A DNA stretch of 64,000 nt. Source: Eledone cirrhosa. Lineage: Eukaryota. Every line of letters starts with the position of its first letter. Position 1 is the first letter of the stretch. The notes under the pieces are model-generated. The model saw only the letters and a list, made by a program, of their open reading frames with translations. It searched no databases and had not been told where the DNA came from. The DNA lies in assembly GCA_964016885.1 (NCBI GenBank), contig OZ024759.1, positions 372,001 through 436,000 on the forward strand, in the 5' to 3' direction. A program made the translations under genes and the position numbers. Shown here in pieces: positions 30,991 to 46,220 of the stretch.

Positions 30991-32419
30991 AGTCTATATT
31001 AGTAGCATGACAAAGTCTATATTAGTAACATGACACAGTCTATATTAGTAACATGACAAAGTCTATATTAGTAGCATGACAAAGTCTATATTAGTAACAT
31101 GACAAAGTCTATATTAGTAACATGACAAAGTCTATATTAGTAACATGACAGTATATATTAGTAACATGACAGTCCATATTAGTAGCATGACAAAGTCTAT
31201 ATTAGTAACATGACAAAGTCTATATTAGTAACATGACACAGTCTATATTAGTAACATGACAAAGTCTATATTAGTAGCATGACAAAGTCTATATTAGTAA
31301 CATGACAAAGTCTATATTAGTAACATGACACAGGCTATATTAGTAACATGACACAGTCTATATTAGTAACATGACACAGTCTATATTAGTAACATGACAC
31401 AGTCTATATTAGTAACATGACAAAGTCTATATTAGTAACATGACAAAGTCTATATTAGTAACATGACAGTCTATATTAGTAACATGACAAAGTCTATATT
31501 AGTAACATGACACAGTCTATATTAGTAACATGACAAAGTCTCTATTAGTAACATGACAAAGTCTATATTAGTAACATGACAGTCTATATTAGTAACATGA
31601 CAAAGTCTCTATTAGTAACATGACAAAGTCTATATTATTAACATGACAGTCTATATTAGTAACATGACAAAGTCTATATTAGTAACATGACACAGTCTAT
31701 ATTGTAACATGACACAGTCTATATTAGTAACATGACACAGTCTATATTAGTAACATGACATAGTCTATATTAGTAACATGACAAAGTCTATATTAGTAAC
31801 AAGACAGTCTATATTGTAACATGACACAGTCTATATTAGTAGCATGACACAGTCTATATTAGTAACATGACAAAGTCTATATTAGTAACATGACACAGTC
31901 TATATTAGTAACATGACACTGTCTATATTAGTAACTTGACAAAGTCTATATTAGTAACATGACACAGTCTATATTAGTAACATGACAAAGTCTATATTAG
32001 TAACATGACACTGTCTATATTAGTAACTTGACAAAGTCTATATTAGTAACATGACAAAGTCTATATTAGTAACATGACACTGTCTATATTACTAACATGA
32101 CACAGTCTATATTAGTAACATGACACAGTCTATATTAGTAACATGACAATGTCTATATTAGTAACATGACAGTCTATATTAGTAACATGACAAAGTCTAT
32201 ATTAGTAACATGACAAAGTCTATATTAGTAACATGACAGTCTATATTAGTAACATGACACAGTCTATATTAGTAACATGACACAGTCTATATTAGTAACA
32301 TGACAAAGTCTATATTAGTAACATGACACAGTCTATATTATTAACATGACAAAGTCTATATTAGTAACATGACACAGTCTATATTAGTAACATGACAAAG
32401 TCTTTATTAGTAACATGAC

Positions 32420-34600
32420 ACAGTCTATATTAGTAACATGACAAAGTCTATATTAGTAGCATGACAAAGTCTATATTAGTAACATGACAAAGTCTATATT
32501 AGTAACATGACACAGTCTATATTAGTAACATGACAAAGTCTATATTAGTAACATGACAGTCTATATTAGTAACATGACAGTCTATATTATTAGCATGACA
32601 AAGTCTATATTAGTAACATGACAGTATATATTAGTAACATGACAGTCCATATTAGTAGCATGACAAAGTCTATATTAGTAACATGACAAAGTCTATATTA
32701 GTAACATGACACAGGCTATATTAGTAACATGACACAGTCTATATTAATAACATGACACAGTCTATATTAGTAACATGACACAGTCTATATTAGTAACATG
32801 ACAAAGTCTATATTAGTAACATGACAAAGTCTATATTAGTAACATGACAGTCTATATTAGTAACATGACAAAGTCTATATTAGTAACATGACACAGTCTA
32901 TATTAGTAACATGACAAAGTCTCTATTAGTAACATGACAAAGTCTATATTAGTAACATGACAGTCTATATTAGTAACATGACAAAGTCTCTATTAGTAAC
33001 ATGACAAAGTCTATATTATTAACATGACAGTCTATATTAGTAACATGACAAAGTCTATATTAGTAACATGACAGTCTATATTGTAACATGACACAGTCTA
33101 TATTAGTAACATGACACAGTCTATATTAGTAACATGACATAGTCTATATTAGTAACATGACAAAGTCTATATTAGTAACAAGACAGTCTATATTGTAACA
33201 TGACACAGTCTATATTAGTAACATGACACAGTCTATATTAGTAACATGACAGTCTATATTAGTAACATGACAAAGTCTATATTAGTAACATGACAAAGTC
33301 TATATTAGTAACATGACAAAGTCTATATTAGTAACATGACAAAGTCTATATTAGTAGCATGACACAGTCTATATTAGTAACATGACAAAGTCTATATTAG
33401 TAACATGACACAGTCTATATTAGTAACATGACAAAGTCTATATTAGTAACATGACACAGTCTATATTAGTAACATGACATAGTCTATATTAGTAACATGA
33501 CAAAGTCTATATTAGTAGCATGACACAGTCTATATTAGTAACATGACACAGTCTATATTAGTAACATGACAGTCTATATTAGTAACATGACAAAGTCTAT
33601 ATTAGTAGCATGACAAAGTCTATATTAGTAACATGACACAGTCTATATTAGTAACATGACAGTCTATATTAGTAACATGACACAGTCTATATTAGTAACA
33701 TGACAAAGTCTATATTAGTAGCATGACAAAGTCTATATTAGTAACATGACAGTCTATATTAGTAACATGACAAAGTCTATATTAGTAGCATGACAAAGTC
33801 TATATTAGTAGCATGACACAGTCTATATTAGTAACATGACACAGTCTATATTAGTAACATGACACAGTCTATATTAGTAACATGACAAAGTCTATATTAG
33901 TAGCATGACAAAGTCTATATTAGTAACATGACAAAGTCTATATTAGTAACATGGCACAATCTATATTAGTAGCATGACAAAGTCTATATTAGTAACATGA
34001 CAAAGTCTATATTAGTAACATGACACAGTCTATATTAGTAACATGACAAAGACTATATTAGTAACATGACACAGTCTATATTAGTAACATGACAAAGTCT
34101 ATATTAGTAACATGACAATCTATATTAGTAACATGACAGTCTATATTAGTAGCATGACAAAGTCTATATTAGTAACATGACAAAGTCTATATTAGTAACA
34201 TGACACAGTCTATATTAGTAACATGACACAGTCTATATTAGTAACATGACAGTCTATATTAGTAGCATGACAAAGTCTATATTAGTACCATGACACAGTC
34301 TATATTAGTAACATGACATAGTGTATATTAGTAACATGACATAGTCTATATTAGTAGCATGACAAAGTCTATATTAGTAACATGACAAAGTCTATATTAG
34401 TAACATGACAAAGTCTATATTAGTAACATGACAATGTCTATATTAGTAACATGACAAAGTCTATATTAGTAACATGACAAAGTCTATATTAGTAACATGA
34501 CACAGTCTATATTAGTAACATGACAATGTCTATATTAGTAACATGACACAGTCTATATTAGTAACATGACACAGTCTATATTAGTAACATGACAAAGTCT
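32420..34600. repeat. Block repeated 4,718 bp downstream (about 37140-39320)
   Basis: ATATTAATAA 32741/37459 and ATGGCACAAT 33951/38669. Confidence 0.8.
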
Positions 34601-37600
34601 ATATTAGTAGCATGACAAAGTCTATATTAGTAACATGACAAAGTCTATATTAGTAACATGACACAGGCTATATTAGTAACATGACACAGTCTATATTAGT
34701 AAAATGACACAGTCTATATTAGTAACATGACACAGTCTATATTAGTAACATGACAAAGTCTATATTAGTAACATGACAAAGTCTATATTAGTAACATGAC
34801 AGTCTATATTAGTAACATGACAAAGTCTATATTAGTAACATGACACAGTCTATATTAGTAACATGACAAAGTCACTATTAGTAACATGACAAAGTCTATA
34901 TTAGTAACATGACAGTCTATATTAGTAACATGACAAAGTCTCTATTAGTAACATGACAAAGTCTATATTATTAACATGACAGTCTATATTAGTAACATGA
35001 CAAAGTCTATATTAGTAACATGACACAGTCTATATTGTAACATGACACAGTCTATATTAGTAACATGACACAGTCTATATTAGTAACATGACATAGTCTA
35101 TATTAGTAACATGACAAAGTCTATATTAGTAACAAGACAGTCTATATTGTAACATGACACAGTCTATATTAGTAGCATGACACAGTCTATATTAGTAACA
35201 TGACAAAGTCTATATTAGTAACATGACACAGTCTATATTAGTAACATGACACTGTCTATATTAGTAACTTGACAAAGTCTATATTAGTAACATGACACAG
35301 TCTATATTAGTAACATGACAAAGTCTATATTAGTAACATGACACTGTCTATATTAGTAACTTGACAAAGTCTATATTAGTAACTTGACAAAGTCTATATT
35401 AGTAACATGACACTGTCTATATTACTAACATGACACAGTCTATATTAGTAACATGACACAGTCTATATTAGTAACATGACAATGTCTATATTAGTAACAT
35501 GACAGTCTATATTAGTAACATGACAAAGTCTATATTAGTAACATGACAAAGTCTATATTAGTAACATGACAGTCTATATTAGTAACATGACACAGTCTAT
35601 ATTAGTAACATGACACAGTCTATATTAGTAACATGACAAAGTCTATATTAGTAACATGACACAGTCTATATTATTAACATGACAAAGTCTATATTAGTAA
35701 CATGACACAGTCTATATTAGTAACATGACAAAGTCTTTATTAGTAACATGACACAGTCTATATTAGTAACATGACAAAGTCTATATTAGTAGCATGACAA
35801 AGTCTATATTAGTAACATGACAAAGTCTATATTAGTAACATGACACAGTCTATATTAGTAACATGACAAAGTCTATATTAGTAACATGACAGTCTATATT
35901 AGTAACATGACAGTCTATATTATTAGCATGACAAAGTCTATATTAGTAACATGACACAGTCTATATTAGTAACATGACACAGTCTATATTAGTAACATGA
36001 CAAAGTCTATATTAGTAGCATGACAAAGTCTATATTAGTAACATGACACAGTCTATATTAGTAACATGACAAAGTCTATATTAGTAGCATGACAAAGTCT
36101 ATATTAGTAACATGACAAAGTCTATATTAGTAACATGACAAAGTCTATATTAGTAACATGACAGTATATATTAGTAACATGACAGTCCATATTAGTAGCA
36201 TGACAAAGTCTATATTAGTAACATGACAAAGTCTATATTAGTAACATGACACAGGCTATATTAGTAACATGACACAGTCTATATTAGTAACATGACACAG
36301 TCTATATTAGTAACATGACACAGTCTATATTAGTAACATGACAAAGTCTATATTAGTAACATGACAAAGTCTATATTAGTAACATGACAGTCTATATTAG
36401 TAACATGACAAAGTCTATATTAGTAACATGACACAGTCTATATTAGTAACATGACAAAGTCTCTATTAGTAACATGACAAAGTCTATATTAGTAACATGA
36501 CAGTCTATATTAGTAACATGACAAAGTCTCTATTAGTAACATGACAAAGTCTATATTATTAACATGACAGTCTATATTAGTAACATGACAAAGTCTATAT
36601 TAGTAACATGACAAAGTCTATATTAGTAACATGACACTGTCTATATTAGTAACTTGACAAAGTCTATATTAGTAACATGACACAGTCTATATTAGTAACA
36701 TGACAAAGTCTATATTAGTAACATGACACTGTCTATATTAGTAACTTGACAAAGTCTATATTAGTAACATGACAAAGTCTATATTAGTAACATGACACTG
36801 TCTATATTACTAACATGACACAGTCTATATTAGTAACATGACACAGTCTATATTAGTAACATGACAAAGTCTATATTAGTAACATGACAGTCTATATTAT
36901 TAACATGACAAAGTCTATATTAGTAACATGACAAAGTCTATATTAGTAACATGACAGTCTATATTAGTAACATGACACAGTCTATATTAGTAACATGACA
37001 CAGTCTATATTAGTAACATGACAAAGTCTATATTAGTAACATGACACAGTCTATATTATTAACATGACAAAGTCTATATTAGTAACATGACACAGTCTAT
37101 ATTAGTAACATGACAAAGTCTATATTAGTAACATGACACAGTCTATATTAGTAACATGACAAAGTCTATATTAGTAGCATGACAAAGTCTATATTAGTAA
37201 CATGACAAAGTCTATATTAGTAACATGACACAGTCTATATTAGTAACATGACAAAGTCTATATTAGTAACATGACAGTCTATATTAGTAACATGACAGTC
37301 TATATTATTAGCATGACAAAGTCTATATTAGTAACATGACAGTATATATTAGTAACATGACAGTCCATATTAGTAGCATGACAAAGTCTATATTAGTAAC
37401 ATGACAAAGTCTATATTAGTAACATGACACAGGCTATATTAGTAACATGACACAGTCTATATTAATAACATGACACAGTCTATATTAGTAACATGACACA
37501 GTCTATATTAGTAACATGACAAAGTCTATATTAGTAACATGACAAAGTCTATATTAGTAACATGACAGTCTATATTAGTAACATGACAAAGTCTATATTA

Positions 37601-37979
37601 GTAACATGACACAGTCTATATTAGTAACATGACAAAGTCTCTATTAGTAACATGACAAAGTCTATATTAGTAACATGACAGTCTATATTAGTAACATGAC
37701 AAAGTCTCTATTAGTAACATGACAAAGTCTATATTATTAACATGACAGTCTATATTAGTAACATGACAAAGTCTATATTAGTAACATGACAGTCTATATT
37801 GTAACATGACACAGTCTATATTAGTAACATGACACAGTCTATATTAGTAACATGACATAGTCTATATTAGTAACATGACAAAGTCTATATTAGTAACAAG
37901 ACAGTCTATATTGTAACATGACACAGTCTATATTAGTAACATGACACAGTCTATATTAGTAACATGACAGTCTATATTA

Positions 37980-40900
37980 GTAACATGACAAAGTCTATAT
38001 TAGTAACATGACAAAGTCTATATTAGTAACATGACAAAGTCTATATTAGTAACATGACAAAGTCTATATTAGTAGCATGACACAGTCTATATTAGTAACA
38101 TGACAAAGTCTATATTAGTAACATGACACAGTCTATATTAGTAACATGACAAAGTCTATATTAGTAACATGACACAGTCTATATTAGTAACATGACATAG
38201 TCTATATTAGTAACATGACAAAGTCTATATTAGTAGCATGACACAGTCTATATTAGTAACATGACACAGTCTATATTAGTAACATGACAGTCTATATTAG
38301 TAACATGACAAAGTCTATATTAGTAGCATGACAAAGTCTATATTAGTAACATGACACAGTCTATATTAGTAACATGACAGTCTATATTAGTAACATGACA
38401 CAGTCTATATTAGTAACATGACAAAGTCTATATTAGTAGCATGACAAAGTCTATATTAGTAACATGACAGTCTATATTAGTAACATGACAAAGTCTATAT
38501 TAGTAGCATGACAAAGTCTATATTAGTAGCATGACACAGTCTATATTAGTAACATGACACAGTCTATATTAGTAACATGACACAGTCTATATTAGTAACA
38601 TGACAAAGTCTATATTAGTAGCATGACAAAGTCTATATTAGTAACATGACAAAGTCTATATTAGTAACATGGCACAATCTATATTAGTAGCATGACAAAG
38701 TCTATATTAGTAACATGACAAAGTCTATATTAGTAACATGACACAGTCTATATTAGTAACATGACAAAGACTATATTAGTAACATGACACAGTCTATATT
38801 AGTAACATGACAAAGTCTATATTAGTAACATGACAATCTATATTAGTAACATGACAGTCTATATTAGTAGCATGACAAAGTCTATATTAGTAACATGACA
38901 AAGTCTATATTAGTAACATGACACAGTCTATATTAGTAACATGACACAGTCTATATTAGTAACATGACAGTCTATATTAGTAGCATGACAAAGTCTATAT
39001 TAGTACCATGACACAGTCTATATTAGTAACATGACATAGTGTATATTAGTAACATGACATAGTCTATATTAGTAGCATGACAAAGTCTATATTAGTAACA
39101 TGACAAAGTCTATATTAGTAACATGACAAAGTCTATATTAGTAACATGACAATGTCTATATTAGTAACATGACAAAGTCTATATTAGTAACATGACAAAG
39201 TCTATATTAGTAACATGACACAGTCTATATTAGTAACATGACAATGTCTATATTAGTAACATGACACAGTCTATATTAGTAACATGACACAGTCTATATT
39301 AGTAACATGACAAAGTCTATATTAGTAGCATGACAAAGGCTATATTAGTAACATGACAAAGTCTATATTAGTAACATGACACAGTCTATAATAGTAACAT
39401 GACAAAGACTATATTAGTAACATGACACAGTCTATATTAGTAACATGACAAAGTCTATATTAGTAACATGACAATCTATATTAGTAACATGACAGTCTAT
39501 ATTAGTAGCATGACAAAGTCTATATTAGTAACATGACAAAGTCTATATTAGTAACATGACACAGTCTATATTAGTAACATGACACAGTCTATATTAGTAA
39601 CATGACACAGTCTATATTAGTAGCATGACAGTCTATATTAGTAGCATGACAAAGTCTATATTAGTACCATGACACAGTCTATATTAGTAACATGACATAG
39701 TCTATATTAGTAACATGACATAGTCTATATTAGTAGCATGACAAAGTCTATATTAGTAACATGACAAAGTCTATATTAGTAACATGACACAGTCTATATT
39801 AGTAACATAACAAAGTCTATATTAGTAACATGACACAGTCTATATTAGTAGCATGACAAAGTCTATATTAGTAACATGACACAGTCTATATTAGTAACAT
39901 GACACAGTCTATATTAGTAACATGACAAAGTCTATATTAGAAACATGACACAGTCTATATTAGTAACATGACAAAGTCTATATTAGTAACATGACACAGT
40001 CTATATTAGTAACATGACAAAGTCTATATTAGTAACATGACACAGTCTATATTAGTAACATGACACAGTCTATATTAGTAACATGACACAGTCTATATTA
40101 GTAACATGACAAAGTCTATATTAGTAACATGACAAAGTCTATATTAGTAACATGACAGTCTATATTAGTAACATGACAAAATCTATATTAGTAACATGAC
40201 ACAGTCTATATTAGTAACATGAAAAAGTCTCTATTAGTAACATGACAAAGTCTATATTAGTAACATGACAGTCTATATTAGTAACATGACAAAGTCTCTA
40301 TTAGTAACATGACAAAGTCTATATTAGTAACATGACAGTCTATATAAGTAACATGACAAAGTCTATATTAGTAACATGACAAAGTCTATATTGTAACATG
40401 ACACAGTCTATATTAGTAACATGACATAGTCTATATTAGTAACATGACAAAGTCTATATTAGTAACATGACAGTCTATATTGTAACATGACACAGTCTAT
40501 ATTAGTAACATGACAGTCTATATTAGTAACATGACAAAGTCTATATTAGTAACATGACAAAGTCTATATTAGTAACATGACAAAGTCTATATTAGTAACA
40601 TGACAAATTCTATATTAGTAGCATGACACAGTCTATATTAGTAACATGACAAAGTCTATGTTAGTAACATGACACAGTCTATATTAGTAACATGACACAG
40701 TCTATATTAGTAACATGACATAGTCTATATTAGTAACATGACAAATTCTATATTAGTAGCATGACACAGTCTATATTAGTAACATGACACAGTCTATATT
40801 AGTAACATGACAGTCTATATTAGTAACATGACAAAGTCTATATTAGTAGCATGACAAAGTCTATATTAGTAACATGACAGTCTATATTAGTAACATGACA

Positions 40901-43900
40901 CAGTCTATATTATTAGCATGACAAAGTCTATATTAGTAGCATGACACAGTCTATATTAGTAATATGACACAATCTATATTAGTAACATGACACAGTCTAT
41001 ATTAGTAACATGATAAAGTCTATATTAGTAACATGACAAAGTCTATATTAGTAACATGACACAGTCTATATTAGTAGCATGACAAGGTCTATATTAGTAA
41101 CATGACAGTCTATATTAGTAATATGACAAATTCTATATTAGTAGCATGACAAAGTCTATATTAGTAACATGACAAAGTCTATATTAGTAACATGACACAG
41201 TCTATATTAGTAGCATGACAAAGTCTATATTAGTAACATGACAAAGTCTATATTAGTAACATGACAAAGTCTATATTAGTAACATGACAGTATATATTAG
41301 TAACATGACAGTCCATATTAGTAGCATGACAAAGTCTATATTAGTAACATGACAAAGTCTATATTAGTAACATGACACAGTCTATATTAGTAACATGACA
41401 CAGTCTATATTAGTAACATGACAGTCTATATTAGTAACATGACAAAGTCTATATTAGTAACATGACAAAGTCTATATTAGTAACATGACAAAGTCTATAT
41501 TAGTAATATGACAGTCTATATTAGTAACATGACAAAGTCTATATTAGTAACATGACACAGTCTATATTAGTAACATGACAAGGTCTATATTAGTAACATG
41601 ACACAGTCTATATTAGTAACATGACAAAGTCTATATTAGTAACATGACAGTCTATATTAGTAACATGACAAAGTCTATATTAGTAACATGACAAAGTCTA
41701 TATTAGTAGCATGACAAAGTCTATATTAGTAACATGACAAAGTCTATATTAGTAACATGACAAAGTCTATATTAGTAACATGACAAGGTCTATATTAGTA
41801 ACATGACAAAGTCTATATTAGTAACATGACAGTCCATATTAGTAACATGACAAAGTCTATATTAGTAACATGACAAAGTCTATATTAGTAACATGACAAA
41901 GTCTATATTAGTAGCATGACAAAGTCTATATTAGTAACATGACAAAGTCTATATTAGTAACATGACACAGTCTATATTAGTAACATGTCAAAGTCTATAT
42001 TAGTAACATGACAAAGTCTATATTAGTAACATGACAAAGTCTATATTAGTAACATGACACTGTCTATATTAGTAACTTGACAAAGTCTATATTAGTAACA
42101 TGACAAAGTCTATATTAGTAACATGACAAAGTCTATATTAGTAACATGACAAAGTCTATATTAGTAACATGACAAAGTCTATATTAGTAGCATGACACAG
42201 TCTATATTAGTAACATGACAAAGTCTATATTAGTAACATGACACAGTCTATATTAGTAACATGACAAAGTCTATATTAGTAACATGACACAGTCTATATT
42301 AGTAACATGACATAGTCTATATTAGTAACATGACAAAGTCTATATTAGTAGCATGACACAGTCTATATTAGTAACATGACACAGTCTATATTAGTAACAT
42401 GACAGTCTATATTAGTAACATGACAAAGTCTATATTAGTAGCATGACAAAGTCTATATTAGTAACATGACACAGTCTATATTAGTAACATGACAGTCTAT
42501 ATTAGTAACATGACACAGTCTATATTAGTAACATGACAAAGTCTATATTAGTAGCATGACAAAGTCTATATTAGTAACATGACAGTCTATATTAGTAACA
42601 TGACAAAGTCTATATTAGTAGCATGACAAAGTCTATATTAGTAGCATGACACAGTCTATATTAGTAACATGACACAGTCTATATTAGTAACATGACACAG
42701 TCTATATTAGTAACATGACAAAGTCTATATTAGTAGCATGACAAAGTCTATATTAGTAACATGACAAAGTCTATATTAGTAACATGGCACAATCTATATT
42801 AGTAGCATGACAAAGTCTATATTAGTAACATGACAAAGTCTATATTAGTAACATGACACAGTCTATATTAGTAACATGACAAAGACTATATTAGTAACAT
42901 GACACAGTCTATATTAGTAACATGACAAAGTCTATATTAGTAACATGACAATCTATATTAGTAACATGACAGTCTATATTAGTAGCATGACAAAGTCTAT
43001 ATTAGTAACATGACAAAGTCTATATTAGTAACATGACACAGTCTATATTAGTAACATGACACAGTCTATATTAGTAACATGACAGTCTATATTAGTAGCA
43101 TGACAAAGTCTATATTAGTACCATGACACAGTCTATATTAGTAACATGACATAGTGTATATTAGTAACATGACATAGTCTATATTAGTAGCATGACAAAG
43201 TCTATATTAGTAACATGACAAAGTCTATATTAGTAACATGACAAAGTCTATATTAGTAACATGACAATGTCTATATTAGTAACATGACAAAGTCTATATT
43301 AGTAACATGACAAAGTCTATATTAGTAACATGACACAGTCTATATTAGTAACATGACAATGTCTATATTAGTAACATGACACAGTCTATATTAGTAACAT
43401 GACACAGTCTATATTAGTAACATGACAAAGTCTATATTAGTAGCATGACAAAGGCTATATTAGTAACATGACAAAGTCTATATTAGTAACATGACACAGT
43501 CTATAATAGTAACATGACAAAGACTATATTAGTAACATGACACAGTCTATATTAGTAACATGACAAAGTCTATATTAGTAACATGACAATCTATATTAGT
43601 AACATGACAGTCTATATTAGTAGCATGACAAAGTCTATATTAGTAACATGACAAAGTCTATATTAGTAACATGACACAGTCTATATTAGTAACATGACAC
43701 AGTCTATATTAGTAACATGACACAGTCTATATTAGTAGCATGACAGTCTATATTAGTAGCATGACAAAGTCTATATTAGTACCATGACACAGTCTATATT
43801 AGTAACATGACATAGTCTATATTAGTAACATGACATAGTCTATATTAGTAGCATGACAAAGTCTATATTAGTAACATGACAAAGTCTATATTAGTAACAT

Positions 43901-46220
43901 GACACAGTCTATATTAGTAACATAACAAAGTCTATATTAGTAACATGACACAGTCTATATTAGTAGCATGACAAAGTCTATATTAGTAACATGACACAGT
44001 CTATATTAGTAACATGACACAGTCTATATTAGTAACATGACAAAGTCTATATTAGAAACATGACACAGTCTATATTAGTAACATGACAAAGTCTATATTA
44101 GTAACATGACACAGTCTATATTAGTAACATGACAAAGTCTATATTAGTAACATGACACAGTCTATATTAGTAACATGACACAGTCTATATTAGTAACATG
44201 ACACAGTCTATATTAGTAACATGACAAAGTCTATATTAGTAACATGACAAAGTCTATATTAGTAACATGACAGTCTATATTAGTAACATGACAAAATCTA
44301 TATTAGTAACATGACACAGTCTATATTAGTAACATGAAAAAGTCTCTATTAGTAACATGACAAAGTCTATATTAGTAACATGACAGTCTATATTAGTAAC
44401 ATGACAAAGTCTCTATTAGTAACATGACAAAGTCTATATTAGTAACATGACAGTCTATATAAGTAACATGACAAAGTCTATATTAGTAACATGACAAAGT
44501 CTATATTGTAACATGACACAGTCTATATTAGTAACATGACATAGTCTATATTAGTAACATGACAAAGTCTATATTAGTAACATGACAGTCTATATTGTAA
44601 CATGACACAGTCTATATTAGTAACATGACAGTCTATATTAGTAACATGACAAAGTCTATATTAGTAACATGACAAAGTCTATATTAGTAACATGACAAAG
44701 TCTATATTAGTAACATGACAAAGTCTATATTAGTAGCATGACACAGTCTATATTAGTAACATGACAAAGTCTATGTTAGTAACATGACACAGTCTATATT
44801 AGTAACATGACACAGTCTATATTAGTAACATGACATAGTCTATATTAGTAACATGACAAATTCTATATTAGTAGCATGACACAGTCTATATTAGTAACAT
44901 GACACAGTCTATATTAGTAACATGACAGTCTATATTAGTAACATGACAAAGTCTATATTAGTAGCATGACAAAGTCTATATTAGTAACATGACAGTCTAT
45001 ATTAGTAACATGACACAGTCTATATTATTAGCATGACAAAGTCTATATTAGTAGCATGACACAGTCTATATTAGTAATATGACACAATCTATATTAGTAA
45101 CATGACACAGTCTATATTAGTAACATGATAAAGTCTATATTAGTAACATGACAAAGTCTATATTAGTAACATGACACAGTCTATATTAGTAGCATGACAA
45201 GGTCTATATTAGTAACATGACAGTCTATATTAGTAATATGACAAATTCTATATTAGTAGCATGACAAAGTCTATATTAGTAACATGACAAAGTCTATATT
45301 AGTAACATGACACAGTCTATATTAGTAGCATGACAAAGTCTATATTAGTAACATGACAAAGTCTATATTAGTAACATGACAAAGTCTATATTAGTAACAT
45401 GACAGTATATATTAGTAACATGACAGTCCATATTAGTAGCATGACAAAGTCTATATTAGTAACATGACAAAGTCTATATTAGTAACATGACACAGTCTAT
45501 ATTAGTAACATGACACAGTCTATATTAGTAACATGACAGTCTATATTAGTAACATGACAAAGTCTATATTAGTAACATGACAAAGTCTATATTAGTAACA
45601 TGACAAAGTCTATATTAGTAATATGACAGTCTATATTAGTAACATGACAAAGTCTATATTAGTAACATGACACAGTCTATATTAGTAACATGACAAGGTC
45701 TATATTAGTAACATGACACAGTCTATATTAGTAACATGACAAAGTCTATATTAGTAACATGACAGTCTATATTAGTAACATGACAAAGTCTATATTAGTA
45801 ACATGACAAAGTCTATATTAGTAGCATGACAAAGTCTATATTAGTAACATGACAAAGTCTATATTAGTAACATGACAAAGTCTATATTAGTAACATGACA
45901 AGGTCTATATTAGTAACATGACAAAGTCTATATTAGTAACATGACAGTCCATATTAGTAACATGACAAAGTCTATATTAGTAACATGACAAAGTCTATAT
46001 TAGTAACATGACAAAGTCTATATTAGTAGCATGACAAAGTCTATATTAGTAACATGACAAAGTCTATATTAGTAACATGACACAGTCTATATTAGTAACA
46101 TGTCAAAGTCTATATTAGTAACATGACAAAGTCTATATTAGTAACATGACAAAGTCTATATTAGTAACATGACACTGTCTATATTAGTAACTTGACAAAG
46201 TCTATATTAGTAACATGACA
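37980..46220. repeat. Higher-order tandem duplication, 2 x 4,115 bp
   Basis: Rare markers recur at a constant 4,115 offset: ATGGCACAAT 38669/42784, the TAGAAAC T>A site 39941/44056, and the ATGTCAAAG A>T site 41988/46103. One difference seen: T40608 versus G44723. Confidence 0.9.
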
